Shown: positions 16,936-26,086 of the stretch, piece by piece
Position numbering within the stretch: position 1 is the stretch's first letter
Layout of the letters: each line of letters starts with the position of its first letter
Made by a program: the position numbers and the translations under genes
The notes under the pieces: generated by a model
Told to the model about the DNA's origin: nothing
The model's database searches: none
Seen by the model: the letters and a program-made list of their open reading frames with translations, nothing else
Source of the DNA: an uncultured archaeon
GTDB taxonomy: Archaea > Asgardarchaeota > Jordiarchaeia > Jordiarchaeales > Jordiarchaeaceae
Assembly (NCBI GenBank): GCA_964510585.1
Contig: CAZECW010000191.1
Location: forward strand, 1 to 26,662
Reading direction: 5' to 3'
DNA: 26,662 nt

Positions 16936-17114
16936 AAAATTTTGGAAAAATTTTGGTCTGCTTACAATGCGTTTAGAGTTATTAAAATTTTTGTGGTGTT
17001 TTTATAGTAATATCTAAAGCATATATAGGAATAAAAGTTTCAAGCCTTTCCTATTTTAATGGACAAATCGGCACTAGTGAGGGTACTCTATCCGCGTTTT
17101 AGGGCTGATTCGGC

Positions 17115-17513
17115 ATGGATAAAAAAATTGACGAGTTAATGGGAAAAATTAAATCCTCAATTTCTGGGAAAAGTTATCTGGCTTTGATGGATGAGGAAGG
17201 GAACATTCTATATAACAATTTTTACCCTAACCTAAATGGTTACATTAAAAACTTTGCTCCGGCCATTAAAACAATGGATGTGGGGGATTACCAAGTTAAA
17301 AACTATGCCAAAAGCTGTTTAATAATCTACAAGGTCAGCGACAGGTTAGCCCTGGTTGCAGAAAGCTACGTTAAGGAAGGTTTACTCATTTTTACAATAA
17401 AAAACATAGCGGAAAAATTCAAAGACCAATTCTTCGAACTAGACATTCTACAAATGTTCTCACACATGGCAGAGGAAGAAGGGGAAGCCAAGATAACAGA
17501 GCAACTATTATGA
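17115..17513 (+). CDS. Small Roadblock/longin/profilin-like alpha-beta protein
   Basis: Helix, then YLALMDEEGNIL hairpin, helix, strands LIIYKVSDRLALVAES, and KEGLLIFTIKNIAEKF helix. This resembles MglB/Roadblock topology; the fold is inferred only. Confidence 0.6.
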   Translation: MDKKIDELMGKIKSSISGKSYLALMDEEGNILYNNFYPNLNGYIKNFAPAIKTMDVGDYQVKNYAKSCLIIYKVSDRLALVAESYVKEGLLIFTIKNIAEKFKDQFFELDILQMFSHMAEEEGEAKITEQLL

Positions 17514-17670
17514 GTATCTCTTAGCAGATTTTTCATTCTCTAGCTTTGTCCCTTCCAAAGAATCAGGGTGTCTATACAGATAAGGATGTTAATTGGTTTT
17601 CTTAATTTTTCAAAGGTAGAATAAAAAATTTAAGTCGTATATTGATTATTTTATATGTGAGGTTTTAGAT

Positions 17671-18177
17671 TTGGGTTTGTTTGACTATAGAACTTATCTT
17701 ATTGATGAGAAGTTGTTGTCTGTACGTGACACCCTGATTATTAAGGATGAGAAAAACCAGGAACTGGGTAGAGCTGTGAAAAAGCTTTTGGCGCTGAGAG
17801 AAGAAATAGAGTTCATCGATAGTCAGGGGAAGAAGGTTGGAGGAGTTAGGAGGAAAATGGTTGCCGCCAGGCCCGCCTTTGAAGTCTATAATCAGAACAA
17901 GAAATTGGTGGCAAACATTAAAAAGAAAATTGTGGCCATAGGTGATGACTGGTGGGTAGAGGAACCCAAGGGCGAAAAGGTACTAAACGTTGATGGAAAC
18001 ATTCTAGATTTGGAGTACAAAATAAAAGATAAGCTTGGTCAAGAAGTCGCCGTAGTGTTAAGGAAACTCTTTTCCATACGCGACCACTACGGTGTCAAAA
18101 TAGTTCGAGACGTTGACCCCCTACTGATCCTGGCCACAGTTGTATCTATAAATATGGAAAAAGAGAGAAAGGATTAA
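17671..18177 (+). CDS. LURP-one/phospholipid scramblase-like (Tubby C-terminal fold) protein, paralog B
   Basis: About 52% identical (88/168 by manual alignment) to 16417..16935, with the same MGLFDY start and SIRDH motif. TTG start with GAGG RBS. Confidence 0.88.
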   Translation: MGLFDYRTYLIDEKLLSVRDTLIIKDEKNQELGRAVKKLLALREEIEFIDSQGKKVGGVRRKMVAARPAFEVYNQNKKLVANIKKKIVAIGDDWWVEEPKGEKVLNVDGNILDLEYKIKDKLGQEVAVVLRKLFSIRDHYGVKIVRDVDPLLILATVVSINMEKERKD

Positions 18178-18377
18178 CTTCATGAAGAGGACTCTAACAG
18201 TTAAAAATTGAACGCAGAAAAAGGTCTCACTCTTTTCTTTTCGCTAAACACGAGGCGACGCACATTCCCTTTTCTTGACTCTATAGCACTCTCTCTCACA
18301 CAACGACCATATCAATCATTAATGGGATGTAAGACTACCATAAAGCGAACAATAATCCAAATCGTAGATTGGCTTCT

Positions 18378-18472
18378 CTAAAAGGCTCAAAGAGTATTTA
18401 AAGTTAACAAACTCTGTAAAACTCTTTTTCCATAGTTAACTAGGGGATTCTTCAATTTTTTGAGCCTTCTAG
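18378..18472. repeat. 14-bp imperfect inverted repeat bounding a 95-bp segment
   Basis: CTAAAAGGCTCAAA (18378-18391) vs TTTGAGCCTTCTAG (18459-18472), 13/14 complementary. Confidence 0.45.
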
Positions 18473-18569
18473 TGGAAATCTCCATTTATTTATTTCCCGT
18501 TTTGCCCCATTAAAAAGGCTTATTAGATTTTCCTAGCTTGAAGAATCAGTAAGAATGGGTGGAATTTAA

Positions 18570-20603
18570 ATGAGCTTAAAGCGAAGCTTACTCATTTTCA
18601 CCCTGCTAATGCTTCCCTTAACAGGATTAACGGTAAATGGGGTACTTTATTCGAGTAGTTCTTACCAATCCTGTTTGAGTTTTTCAGCCACTGGATATAC
18701 TTGTGGAGCAGGTCTTGTAGCTAAGGATGTAAATGTGATAGTCTTGAATTCTGATACAGACCATGATTTGCTTCAGTATCGCCCCCAAGATTGGAAGGTT
18801 TCTTCGGTAAACATAACTCTCTCAAATATAACTGCGCCAACCCACACCATGGAAATCGAAACCTACGGTCATCAGGCACTCCCCCTGTATCTGAAGGAGC
18901 TCAATATTCTTATTGTGGGCGTAATGTCCTTTAGTTTAACACCCGGGCAGAGAGTCTATTTTAATAAGCTAAGCGCGCTTCTCATCAAAGTTCCTTTTAA
19001 CGAGACTGCATTCGCAGATGTAGCAATTCTTAATGCCACAATTCACCCTACTTTCGGCCTAATTCCCAACGAAACACTTTTCAGCGCACAAAATGTGTCA
19101 GTTGAAGGCGGCCCCCTAGAGTTTAAAAACCTCACACTACTGCCTCCAGACCAATATATATTTCTAGATCCCAACATCAACCAAACCGCTCAAAATACTT
19201 ACTTTGTGGGGATAACCCAGAATATAAGCAGCCCACCAACTTCAACTTTATATTGGTTCTATGATGTAGACTCACATGTTCCCAACGGGAACGCTGGAAC
19301 CGCCATATTTGCGATGTACCATATTCCCAATGATGCGCCCTTTTTTGTTGGTGATAGGGATCCCACCGATAATGAGATGTTTGATTTTTGCCTGAAGCTT
19401 TACTTGAATGCTACTCTACCTTCTCAGCAATATCCGTTGCCAACTGATATTGGTTTGATGATAAATGGAACGCCTGTTATAAACATGGATCAGGGGATGG
19501 GATGGTGGTACACCACTGAGAATCTTTCTGGTGAATCGTTATTTTTTGATGTTTCTTCGACTTGGAATACTACGGTGAGCTTTACTGCAACCATTCTCAT
19601 AACTTATCAGTCAGCGCTTCTAAGCATTTTCTTCACAATGTTCACCTTTAGCATTTATTATCAGAATCAGGCAAGATATCATGAATATTTGTTTTTGCTT
19701 GCACTAGGTTCTGTTTTGGCTGGTGGTTTTGGTGGCTACAAGGTAAATAGGAGAAGAATGATTCCGAGAAACGCTTTGCGAAGTTTTGAACACATAATTG
19801 TGGATCACAAAGGTACAGGTGTTCTTCTCTGGGTTTTTGACTTCGTATCGATGGAACATGATGTGGCTTTGGTTTCGGGGTTCGTATCAGCCATTAAATC
19901 TTTCTTGGAAGAAATGAAGGTCGGGGGACTAAAAAGGCTGGGAACAGAGTTTGGAACCTTCATCAGAGAAGAGAGCGAACTTCTGACCGTAACCTGCATC
20001 ACCAGTGACATTGGAATAGACGAAGAACTCTGGATTAGAGGCAAACTACACAAGTTTCTCACCAGCATAGAGCAGCAGTATCATATGCAGATTGAAAACT
20101 GGAAGGGCGAAGTAGGCCAATTCAACGAAGCTTTCCCCCTAATTCTGGGTTCAGTAATAGACTTGGATAGAGTGAGGAAACTTCAAGAGCATAAGGTTGA
20201 GGACTTAAGACGAAAAAGAGAAAAACTGCAGAGAGAAGTGAACAGGTACGGAGCCATGCTTGAAGAATTAAAATCTAAGCACGACTCTGGTGAACTAAAC
20301 TACGATGAGTACAACAAAAAGCGGCTAAAAATCGAGCACAAGTACGACAAGGTTCAAAAGGACTACATATACGCAAGCCTATTCCTCTCCAAGGTTCCCC
20401 TGGAAACAGAGGTTTCACCCAAAGAGATGGAAAAGCTGAAAGAAATACAGGAACGCTTCTTTGAAATAAAGATGCAGATTCAAGAGCTGCGAAGAAAAGA
20501 GAGCGAAGGAACATTTAACGAGAGTGACAGGAAACAAAAGGAAAAGCTTCAAAAAGAACTAATGAAGCTGATAGAGAAACTAGACAAATACAAAAAGGAA
20601 TAA
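18570..20603 (+). CDS. Membrane protein: signal peptide, sequon-rich ectodomain, hydrophobic segment(s), longin-like domain, coiled-coil tail
   Basis: Hydrophobic N-terminus. 13 N-X-S/T sequons before aa ~345 by my count. Hydrophobic segments at aa ~349-364 and ~373-390, followed by RRR. HIIVDHKGTGVLLW...LVSGFVSAIKSFLEE longin-like motif at aa ~404-505. E/K coiled coil. Confidence 0.85.
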   Translation: MSLKRSLLIFTLLMLPLTGLTVNGVLYSSSSYQSCLSFSATGYTCGAGLVAKDVNVIVLNSDTDHDLLQYRPQDWKVSSVNITLSNITAPTHTMEIETYGHQALPLYLKELNILIVGVMSFSLTPGQRVYFNKLSALLIKVPFNETAFADVAILNATIHPTFGLIPNETLFSAQNVSVEGGPLEFKNLTLLPPDQYIFLDPNINQTAQNTYFVGITQNISSPPTSTLYWFYDVDSHVPNGNAGTAIFAMYHIPNDAPFFVGDRDPTDNEMFDFCLKLYLNATLPSQQYPLPTDIGLMINGTPVINMDQGMGWWYTTENLSGESLFFDVSSTWNTTVSFTATILITYQSALLSIFFTMFTFSIYYQNQARYHEYLFLLALGSVLAGGFGGYKVNRRRMIPRNALRSFEHIIVDHKGTGVLLWVFDFVSMEHDVALVSGFVSAIKSFLEEMKVGGLKRLGTEFGTFIREESELLTVTCITSDIGIDEELWIRGKLHKFLTSIEQQYHMQIENWKGEVGQFNEAFPLILGSVIDLDRVRKLQEHKVEDLRRKREKLQREVNRYGAMLEELKSKHDSGELNYDEYNKKRLKIEHKYDKVQKDYIYASLFLSKVPLETEVSPKEMEKLKEIQERFFEIKMQIQELRRKESEGTFNESDRKQKEKLQKELMKLIEKLDKYKKE

Positions 20604-20749
20604 AAAAGGAGACTTGGGAAACCTTTACACCGCTACTAAGCCTCTTCTTTTCCCTTTTATTCTGTAAAACCATATGTTTAACTATTCTTTTCACAAGTTC
20701 GACACAAAGTACCACAGAACTGTCTTTGCAATAATAGGTGTTTCATGTT

Positions 20750-21970
20750 TTACATCGATTTTGTTGTAAGGTCTATGGCTCTTTGGATCTCTTTTTCTAG
20801 GAATTCTGGTAAACCGAAGACTCTTATATCCATAAAGCCTCTTACTATTAGGGATGATGCTTCCTTTTCAGAGAAGCCTCTAGCCATGAGGTATAGTATT
20901 TGTTCCTCGGCGATTTTTCCCACCGCAGCTTCATGGGAGAGTTCTGCTCCACTTCTGGTGCCGATTAGTTCTGGAATTGCGTGGATGGTGGCTGTGTCTG
21001 AGAGCAGGAGCCCGTTGCATTCAAGGTGTGCTTTACTCTTTGAATTGTTTCCTACTAACATTCCTCTAGAGTAGACGTTGGCTTTATCTGTGGCAATTAC
21101 TCTGGAGCTTACTTCGGCTCGGGTTTCATCTCCGTCCAAGATAACCTTTGACCCCAAGTCTATGTTGGAGGAGCCGCTTGCATAGATGACTGAGTTGAAA
21201 ATTGCTGTGGACTTGTTCCCCTTACAGTAGGCTGTGGGGTAGCTCTGAATGCTTCTTACTGGTTTTAGGAGTATATAGTTGTTTATGTAGGTTGCCCCGT
21301 CTTCGAGAAGGACCGCTGTTCTTGGGCGGACATCAACCTCCTGCTTCCAGTTGTGAACCATGGTGAAGGTTAGTTTTGAGCCCTTCTTTAGGTAGAATTC
21401 AGAGATGCCCACATGGAGGCCCTTACGGAGGTTTGGGTGGGCAACGCAGCCTGTTATCAATTGGGCTTCTGAGTCTGGCTCCAGCACCACAATGTTGTGG
21501 ACGTTTTGGTCAATATTTTCACCCGCCAAATAGAGGCAAGACTGGAGGGGGAGGGTGATTTTTACTCCTTCAAAGACATGGATGAAGTATCCGTGGTCCC
21601 ATTCTAACTCGGCTAGAGCAGTGTACTTGTCGGTGTCTACTGGGATGAGGTTCCACCAATAATCTTTGAGCCAGTCGTACTTCTCGAATGCCTGCTTTGT
21701 GCTCATTATTTCCGCTTTATCTTTAAATGTGGTGTCTACGGCGCAGGAAACAATTGAGTGGTCTATTTGGAAAAATGTTCCTGCTCTCTCTTTGGTTTTG
21801 GGGGTAACACCGCAACTCATTGCTCCCTCCAGAATTGGTTCTGGAAGTTCTGATATTCCAGTTTCATTCCAATTGGGGGAGTTCCTTGAATACTCTTCTA
21901 GGTTGAGGTCTAACCCATAAGCGGCGGGTTTATTTATTGCTTCTAGGGCTCTTTTCCTATGCTCCGACAC
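20750..21970 (-). CDS. sufB: SufB/SufD-family Fe-S scaffold (archaeal SmsB type)
   Basis: LQSCL, HIGISEF-like HVGISEFY, LECNGLLL, PEL, HEAAVGKI, YLMARGFSE..A..LIVRGF motifs. Overlaps sufC by 28 nt; GGTGGTG RBS. Confidence 0.95.
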   Translation of the reverse strand: MSEHRKRALEAINKPAAYGLDLNLEEYSRNSPNWNETGISELPEPILEGAMSCGVTPKTKERAGTFFQIDHSIVSCAVDTTFKDKAEIMSTKQAFEKYDWLKDYWWNLIPVDTDKYTALAELEWDHGYFIHVFEGVKITLPLQSCLYLAGENIDQNVHNIVVLEPDSEAQLITGCVAHPNLRKGLHVGISEFYLKKGSKLTFTMVHNWKQEVDVRPRTAVLLEDGATYINNYILLKPVRSIQSYPTAYCKGNKSTAIFNSVIYASGSSNIDLGSKVILDGDETRAEVSSRVIATDKANVYSRGMLVGNNSKSKAHLECNGLLLSDTATIHAIPELIGTRSGAELSHEAAVGKIAEEQILYLMARGFSEKEASSLIVRGFMDIRVFGLPEFLEKEIQRAIDLTTKSM

Positions 21971-22689
21971 TTTTCACACCACCAATAACCTTCTCTGAGA
22001 ATATGGTCAAGTGTTTCGAGTGGCGCTCCCGAACAGGCTATGCAGCCCTCAATTATTACGTGGGCCTTGTCTGTTCTTACATAACGCAGGATGTATCCTT
22101 GATGTGTTATGAGGATTCCTGACCTTTGCTCTAGGAGTTCATTTATGATTTTTCCAATTAACTCCAAGTTTTCAACATCAACGCCTGAATCTGGCTCATC
22201 AAGCATAATGAATTCTGGTCTCTGGGCAAGTATCTGGAGAACTTCGGAACGCTTTACTTCGCCTCCAGAGAAGCCATAGTTCAGATCCCTGTCTAGGAAT
22301 GATGCTGGAAAGTTAACCTTCTTAGCTAGGCTCTTCTCTCTTCCAGCTAGATTGTGGCTTTTTTCACTTATCTTAGTTACAATGTCTCCTAATTTTACAC
22401 CCCTAATGGCGGGAGGATGCTGGAATGTGACTCCCATTCCCATTTTTATACGTTCATCGGTGGGCAGATTTGTTATATCCCTGCCTTTGAAATAGATTTT
22501 CCCGGATAAAACCCTATATTTTGGGAAGCCCAGCAATGTGAAGACAAGGGAGGATTTGCCGCTCCCATTTGGTCCAAATATGACATGAACTTCTCCTTCT
22601 GGGATTTCAAGATTAAGATTCTGGAGAACCCTTTTCCCATCCACAGCAACATTGAGGTCATGAATTTCTAATATGTTCAACTTCCTCAT
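21943..22689 (-). CDS. sufC: SufC-family ABC ATPase (SmsC type) with C-terminal CxxC
   Basis: Walker A GPNGSGKSS, signature FSGGEVKR, Walker B MLDEPDSGVD, ITHQG, C-terminal WCEKC. Confidence 0.95.
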   Translation of the reverse strand: MRKLNILEIHDLNVAVDGKRVLQNLNLEIPEGEVHVIFGPNGSGKSSLVFTLLGFPKYRVLSGKIYFKGRDITNLPTDERIKMGMGVTFQHPPAIRGVKLGDIVTKISEKSHNLAGREKSLAKKVNFPASFLDRDLNYGFSGGEVKRSEVLQILAQRPEFIMLDEPDSGVDVENLELIGKIINELLEQRSGILITHQGYILRYVRTDKAHVIIEGCIACSGAPLETLDHILREGYWWCEKCRSIGKEP

Positions 22690-22778
22690 CTCTCCGAAAA
22701 GTGACCTTATTTAATTTGGAAATTTGTGGGCGTACAAGCACTATTACGAATTCCACTTATGTGTTATTGGGATTACGT

Positions 22779-22794
22779 TAATATAAGTTTCTCT
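22779..22794 (-). promoter_or_regulatory. BRE+TATA promoter candidate for sufC-sufB
   Basis: Minus strand AGAGAAA-CTTATATTA about 90 nt upstream of the sufC ATG. Confidence 0.55.
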
Positions 22795-23013
22795 GCCGCA
22801 GCCAATCTTGATGATGTTTTTTAAATAGTTGAGTTGCACATTTCCAACTTTTAGGGAGCATTTTTGTGGAGAACGCCTCTTAACAATTGGTGTTTTCACA
22901 ACTTTTACCAAATTTTTGGTCGAAAAAGAATGGTGAGTTGTTATCATTATATTTTGTGAGGTTTTTTATGAAAGTGGGTTCTGCTACCTGCTGGGTTGTT
23001 TTTGGTTTCTGTT

Positions 23014-24162
23014 TTAGATATTGTTTTTGCTCAGAATTTTTATGAAATAGTCCAAGCCGTTGCCCATTTTTTTGAGCTCATTATTTCTATATGGTGATTC
23101 GTCCAACAGGTTTAATACGTCTTTTTCAAGGTTTTCAGCGATTTTGCCGTAGCCATATTTCTGGACCATAATAGCGTTTTTCCTCTTTTCCATGTGTCCC
23201 TTGGCGCAGAATAGTAGTAGGGGCACCCCATACATTATGGCTTCCGAAATTGTTCCGAATCCGCTCCGCGCAATAACCAGGTTTGAAGCGTTAATGTAGT
23301 TTTGAATGTCTGGGAGGAATCCGTTGAATCTCAGGTTTTCCTGTTGGAGTTCTCTGAAAATTGGAGTTTGAACGACAACATAGAAGTGGATGCTTGGGTG
23401 TTCCAGTGCAATCTTTTTGTAAATTTGAAAATCATAATTCTTCAAGGAGCAATTATTGTTGTAGGGTCTTCCCATCACGAGAACCAGTAGATCATTTTTT
23501 CCTAGTCCCAGTTGACTCCTTATTTCCGACTTGGTTTTAGTTAGGTCCCTGACTATGGGTGGAAAAACTTTTTCGCAGTCCACAACTTCTGGCCTAATAT
23601 CCATTACAAAATTCTCAGAAAGTCCAAAAAAGGAGCGTACACTCTCACCCCACATTATAGGTCTCTCAATTAGATACGAGTAAAAATTCATCCTAAAATC
23701 ACGCCACCCATATTTAAAAGGTAAATAGTGGGTAATGTTAATAGTTCTTATTCCGGGAAAACATGAGAGGTGTGGGTTGTAATCATTAACTAATATACGA
23801 TACTTAAAGCTCAAAAGTAGTGTTCTTAAAAAATCTATGGGGAAAAATAGGCTGTCAAACATTAGTTTCAATGCTGTGGGGAAAGTGTGGAGGTCTCCGT
23901 CTCTTCTATATACGTAGCTTATTCCGTGAAGCCCAGCATTATACTTTAAATTGGGTTGGGAGATAAAATTTATCCTTTTTTCATCGCTGAAGACTAGGCA
24001 TTCTGTATTCCTCATTTTCATTAGCCTTGATGCAATGGCCTGGGCTCTCTGGGCGTGGCCGTAGCCCTCATTTGTGGGAGCCAAGATAACTCGTAAAGAG
24101 GGACGCTCCAACCTGTAATCTGCCCTTTCTAACTGGGATATTGCGGATTTAGAAACTATCAC
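23014..24162 (-). CDS. GT-B fold glycosyltransferase (GT28/MurG-like, MJ1255-like)
   Basis: N-terminal EGYGHAQRA motif and C-terminal LVIARSGFGTISEAIMYGVPLL...EKRKNA nucleotide-sugar-binding motif. Confidence 0.85.
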   Translation of the reverse strand: MIVSKSAISQLERADYRLERPSLRVILAPTNEGYGHAQRAQAIASRLMKMRNTECLVFSDEKRINFISQPNLKYNAGLHGISYVYRRDGDLHTFPTALKLMFDSLFFPIDFLRTLLLSFKYRILVNDYNPHLSCFPGIRTINITHYLPFKYGWRDFRMNFYSYLIERPIMWGESVRSFFGLSENFVMDIRPEVVDCEKVFPPIVRDLTKTKSEIRSQLGLGKNDLLVLVMGRPYNNNCSLKNYDFQIYKKIALEHPSIHFYVVVQTPIFRELQQENLRFNGFLPDIQNYINASNLVIARSGFGTISEAIMYGVPLLLFCAKGHMEKRKNAIMVQKYGYGKIAENLEKDVLNLLDESPYRNNELKKMGNGLDYFIKILSKNNI

Positions 24163-24324
24163 CTTTCCTGTCCCAACCCTTATACTGAATGCAGCAGAGA
24201 ATCTCTCATAAACCTGCGCTAAATTTTTCTAGCAGCTCCCATCCCAAAAAAATGAAAAATGGGGAAGCATCTTTTAGAGTAGAGTATGAAACTGGTTTCT
24301 ATATGGCACATGATGATTAATATT

Positions 24325-25701
24325 TTATGCTAACAGTTTGGTGAGCTCGTTGATGTCGTCAACCTTTTCCAGCTTTTCAATCATAGATATTATTTCTTCA
24401 ATTTCCTCCCTGCTTTTCACTCCGGAGGCCATGTCGTAGAGTTTTTTCTTTACATCAAATCCTTCTTCGGGGTAGAAGAACTGATCATATTTGGAAAACT
24501 GGGTGTAGCTGGTTCCATCCTTCATAGTTATTGTCACCTCAGCCGATGACCCTATTGCTGGGTCGCCTTTAAGTTTGATTTTCTTTATTACTCCGTGCAC
24601 TTTGGGGTCTAGTATTTTTTCCAATTTTAATTGTCTGGGCGTATACTCCCTGTCAACTAAGGATATGGCCATAGGGTAATATCCATCTATTAGAAGTGCT
24701 TGGTACGTCCAGTCCCGGCGATTCTTTATTCTCTCATAGAAATCCGGGTAGCGTAGAGAATAGAATCCCGCGGTCAACATCATAATAAACGGACACCTTA
24801 TACTTATCTCTTTAACATTTTCCGGCTCAACTTTATTTCTGTTTACAATTTTGAGAATCGCATCAATTGGAGCATTATAGTAGGCTACCACTGGGAAGGG
24901 TTTGTTCACCAGTTTAAGTGTTCTCCACTCCACTCCCAAATCCCTTGTGATTATCTCCAGTCTAGACAAGTCAGGTATATTTGAAGCCATGTTGCAATAT
25001 CCAAGAGAGTGCTCCAGTATCTCGTGGCTCCCACTTAAACCCGCTTGAGCCAAACTTGCTGAAGTAACCCCTACAAGAGCAGGTATACCGGTAAGCATAC
25101 CTTTACAGTCCGCAGCCCAATTAATCATAGTGTTTCCCTGCACATGGGTGCATGCTATACCCATGGCATCCATTAACTGTTCCACATCAAGACCCATCAG
25201 TTTGCCCGCCACCAGTGGGACGTCAATCGCGTGATTTGGTGAGGCGTGCCCCACGTGGACTGGATCCACCAGCACTTCTCCTGTTCTTCCCCCAACCTCG
25301 TTACCAATAACTAGGGCGGTGATTATTTCTTTACCGCTGGAACCGTAACTTTCACCTACAGCCAAGGCTGTTGGAACACCCACGTCTCCCACGTGTGATT
25401 CTGGTAAGTAGTCCTCAAACTCCAGAATACATGCAAGGTAAGAGTTTACCATGGCGGCGTTTCTCATGGAGGTTTTGTAGCCACCGCTAATCACTGTGGA
25501 CTCTGGCTTGTCACCCCAATTTTTAACCGCTTTGATTATTCGTTGCCCGGGCTCCATAATCGAACCTGCATATATTGTGGCTATCATATTTACCAACTGG
25601 TTCTTTACACAAGCGACGACTTCCTTAGGTATGTGTTCGTATTTGAGGTTGTAAGCCCACTCCGCAACTTTTCTCGTGATGCCTTCCCTCATTTTCACCA
25701 C
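24325..25701 (-). CDS. MmgE/PrpD family protein
   Basis: AAMVNSYLACILEFEDY..SH.GDV.VPTALAVGE, SGKEIITALVIGNEV, GLSG...LE, LDPKV..V..KI, AEVTITMKDG motifs. Confidence 0.92.
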   Translation of the reverse strand: MVKMREGITRKVAEWAYNLKYEHIPKEVVACVKNQLVNMIATIYAGSIMEPGQRIIKAVKNWGDKPESTVISGGYKTSMRNAAMVNSYLACILEFEDYLPESHVGDVGVPTALAVGESYGSSGKEIITALVIGNEVGGRTGEVLVDPVHVGHASPNHAIDVPLVAGKLMGLDVEQLMDAMGIACTHVQGNTMINWAADCKGMLTGIPALVGVTSASLAQAGLSGSHEILEHSLGYCNMASNIPDLSRLEIITRDLGVEWRTLKLVNKPFPVVAYYNAPIDAILKIVNRNKVEPENVKEISIRCPFIMMLTAGFYSLRYPDFYERIKNRRDWTYQALLIDGYYPMAISLVDREYTPRQLKLEKILDPKVHGVIKKIKLKGDPAIGSSAEVTITMKDGTSYTQFSKYDQFFYPEEGFDVKKKLYDMASGVKSREEIEEIISMIEKLEKVDDINELTKLLA

Positions 25702-25709
25702 CTCTTTTT

Positions 25710-26069
25710 CTACTTTAATAGTGATAGTAGCTGCATGACCATTCCCAGTGCGAGAGCTGTGTTTTGTGCATCCTTGTTCACCACGAGTCTATCTGCTGCG
25801 GCCACGCTTGCAAAGTTTGCCTCACCACGAAAAACCGATTTCCAATCTTCTTCCTCCATCTCCACTGTGGCAGCCACCCACCCACTCTCGCCCTCTTCAA
25901 AATGGGCGGTTTCAGGCTCCACAGTTAAAACATAGCTCTTCTTACCCTTCACTTTCAAGTTATACATTTTATTCTTGATATAATTGTAGTACTGAGTGCC
26001 ACTAACTACCCGCCAGAGATATTCATAGGCCTTGCAAAAATGGTTCAAACCTTCCTCTATTTCCCTCAT
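25710..26069 (-). CDS. SCP2 sterol/lipid-binding-like protein
   Basis: ATVEMEEEDWKSVFRGEANFASVAAADRLVV matches the SCP2 C-terminal pattern. Gaps of 8 nt and 17 nt to neighbours. Confidence 0.65.
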   Translation of the reverse strand: MREIEEGLNHFCKAYEYLWRVVSGTQYYNYIKNKMYNLKVKGKKSYVLTVEPETAHFEEGESGWVAATVEMEEEDWKSVFRGEANFASVAAADRLVVNKDAQNTALALGMVMQLLSLLK

Positions 26070-26086
26070 AAAGACGCCCCCAAAAT

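Noticed and set aside
16935-16956. AAAAATTTTGG x2 tandem after scramblase paralog A
   Set aside because: Low-complexity A/T tract; similar AAATTTT(T)GG words occur in other intergenic regions here.
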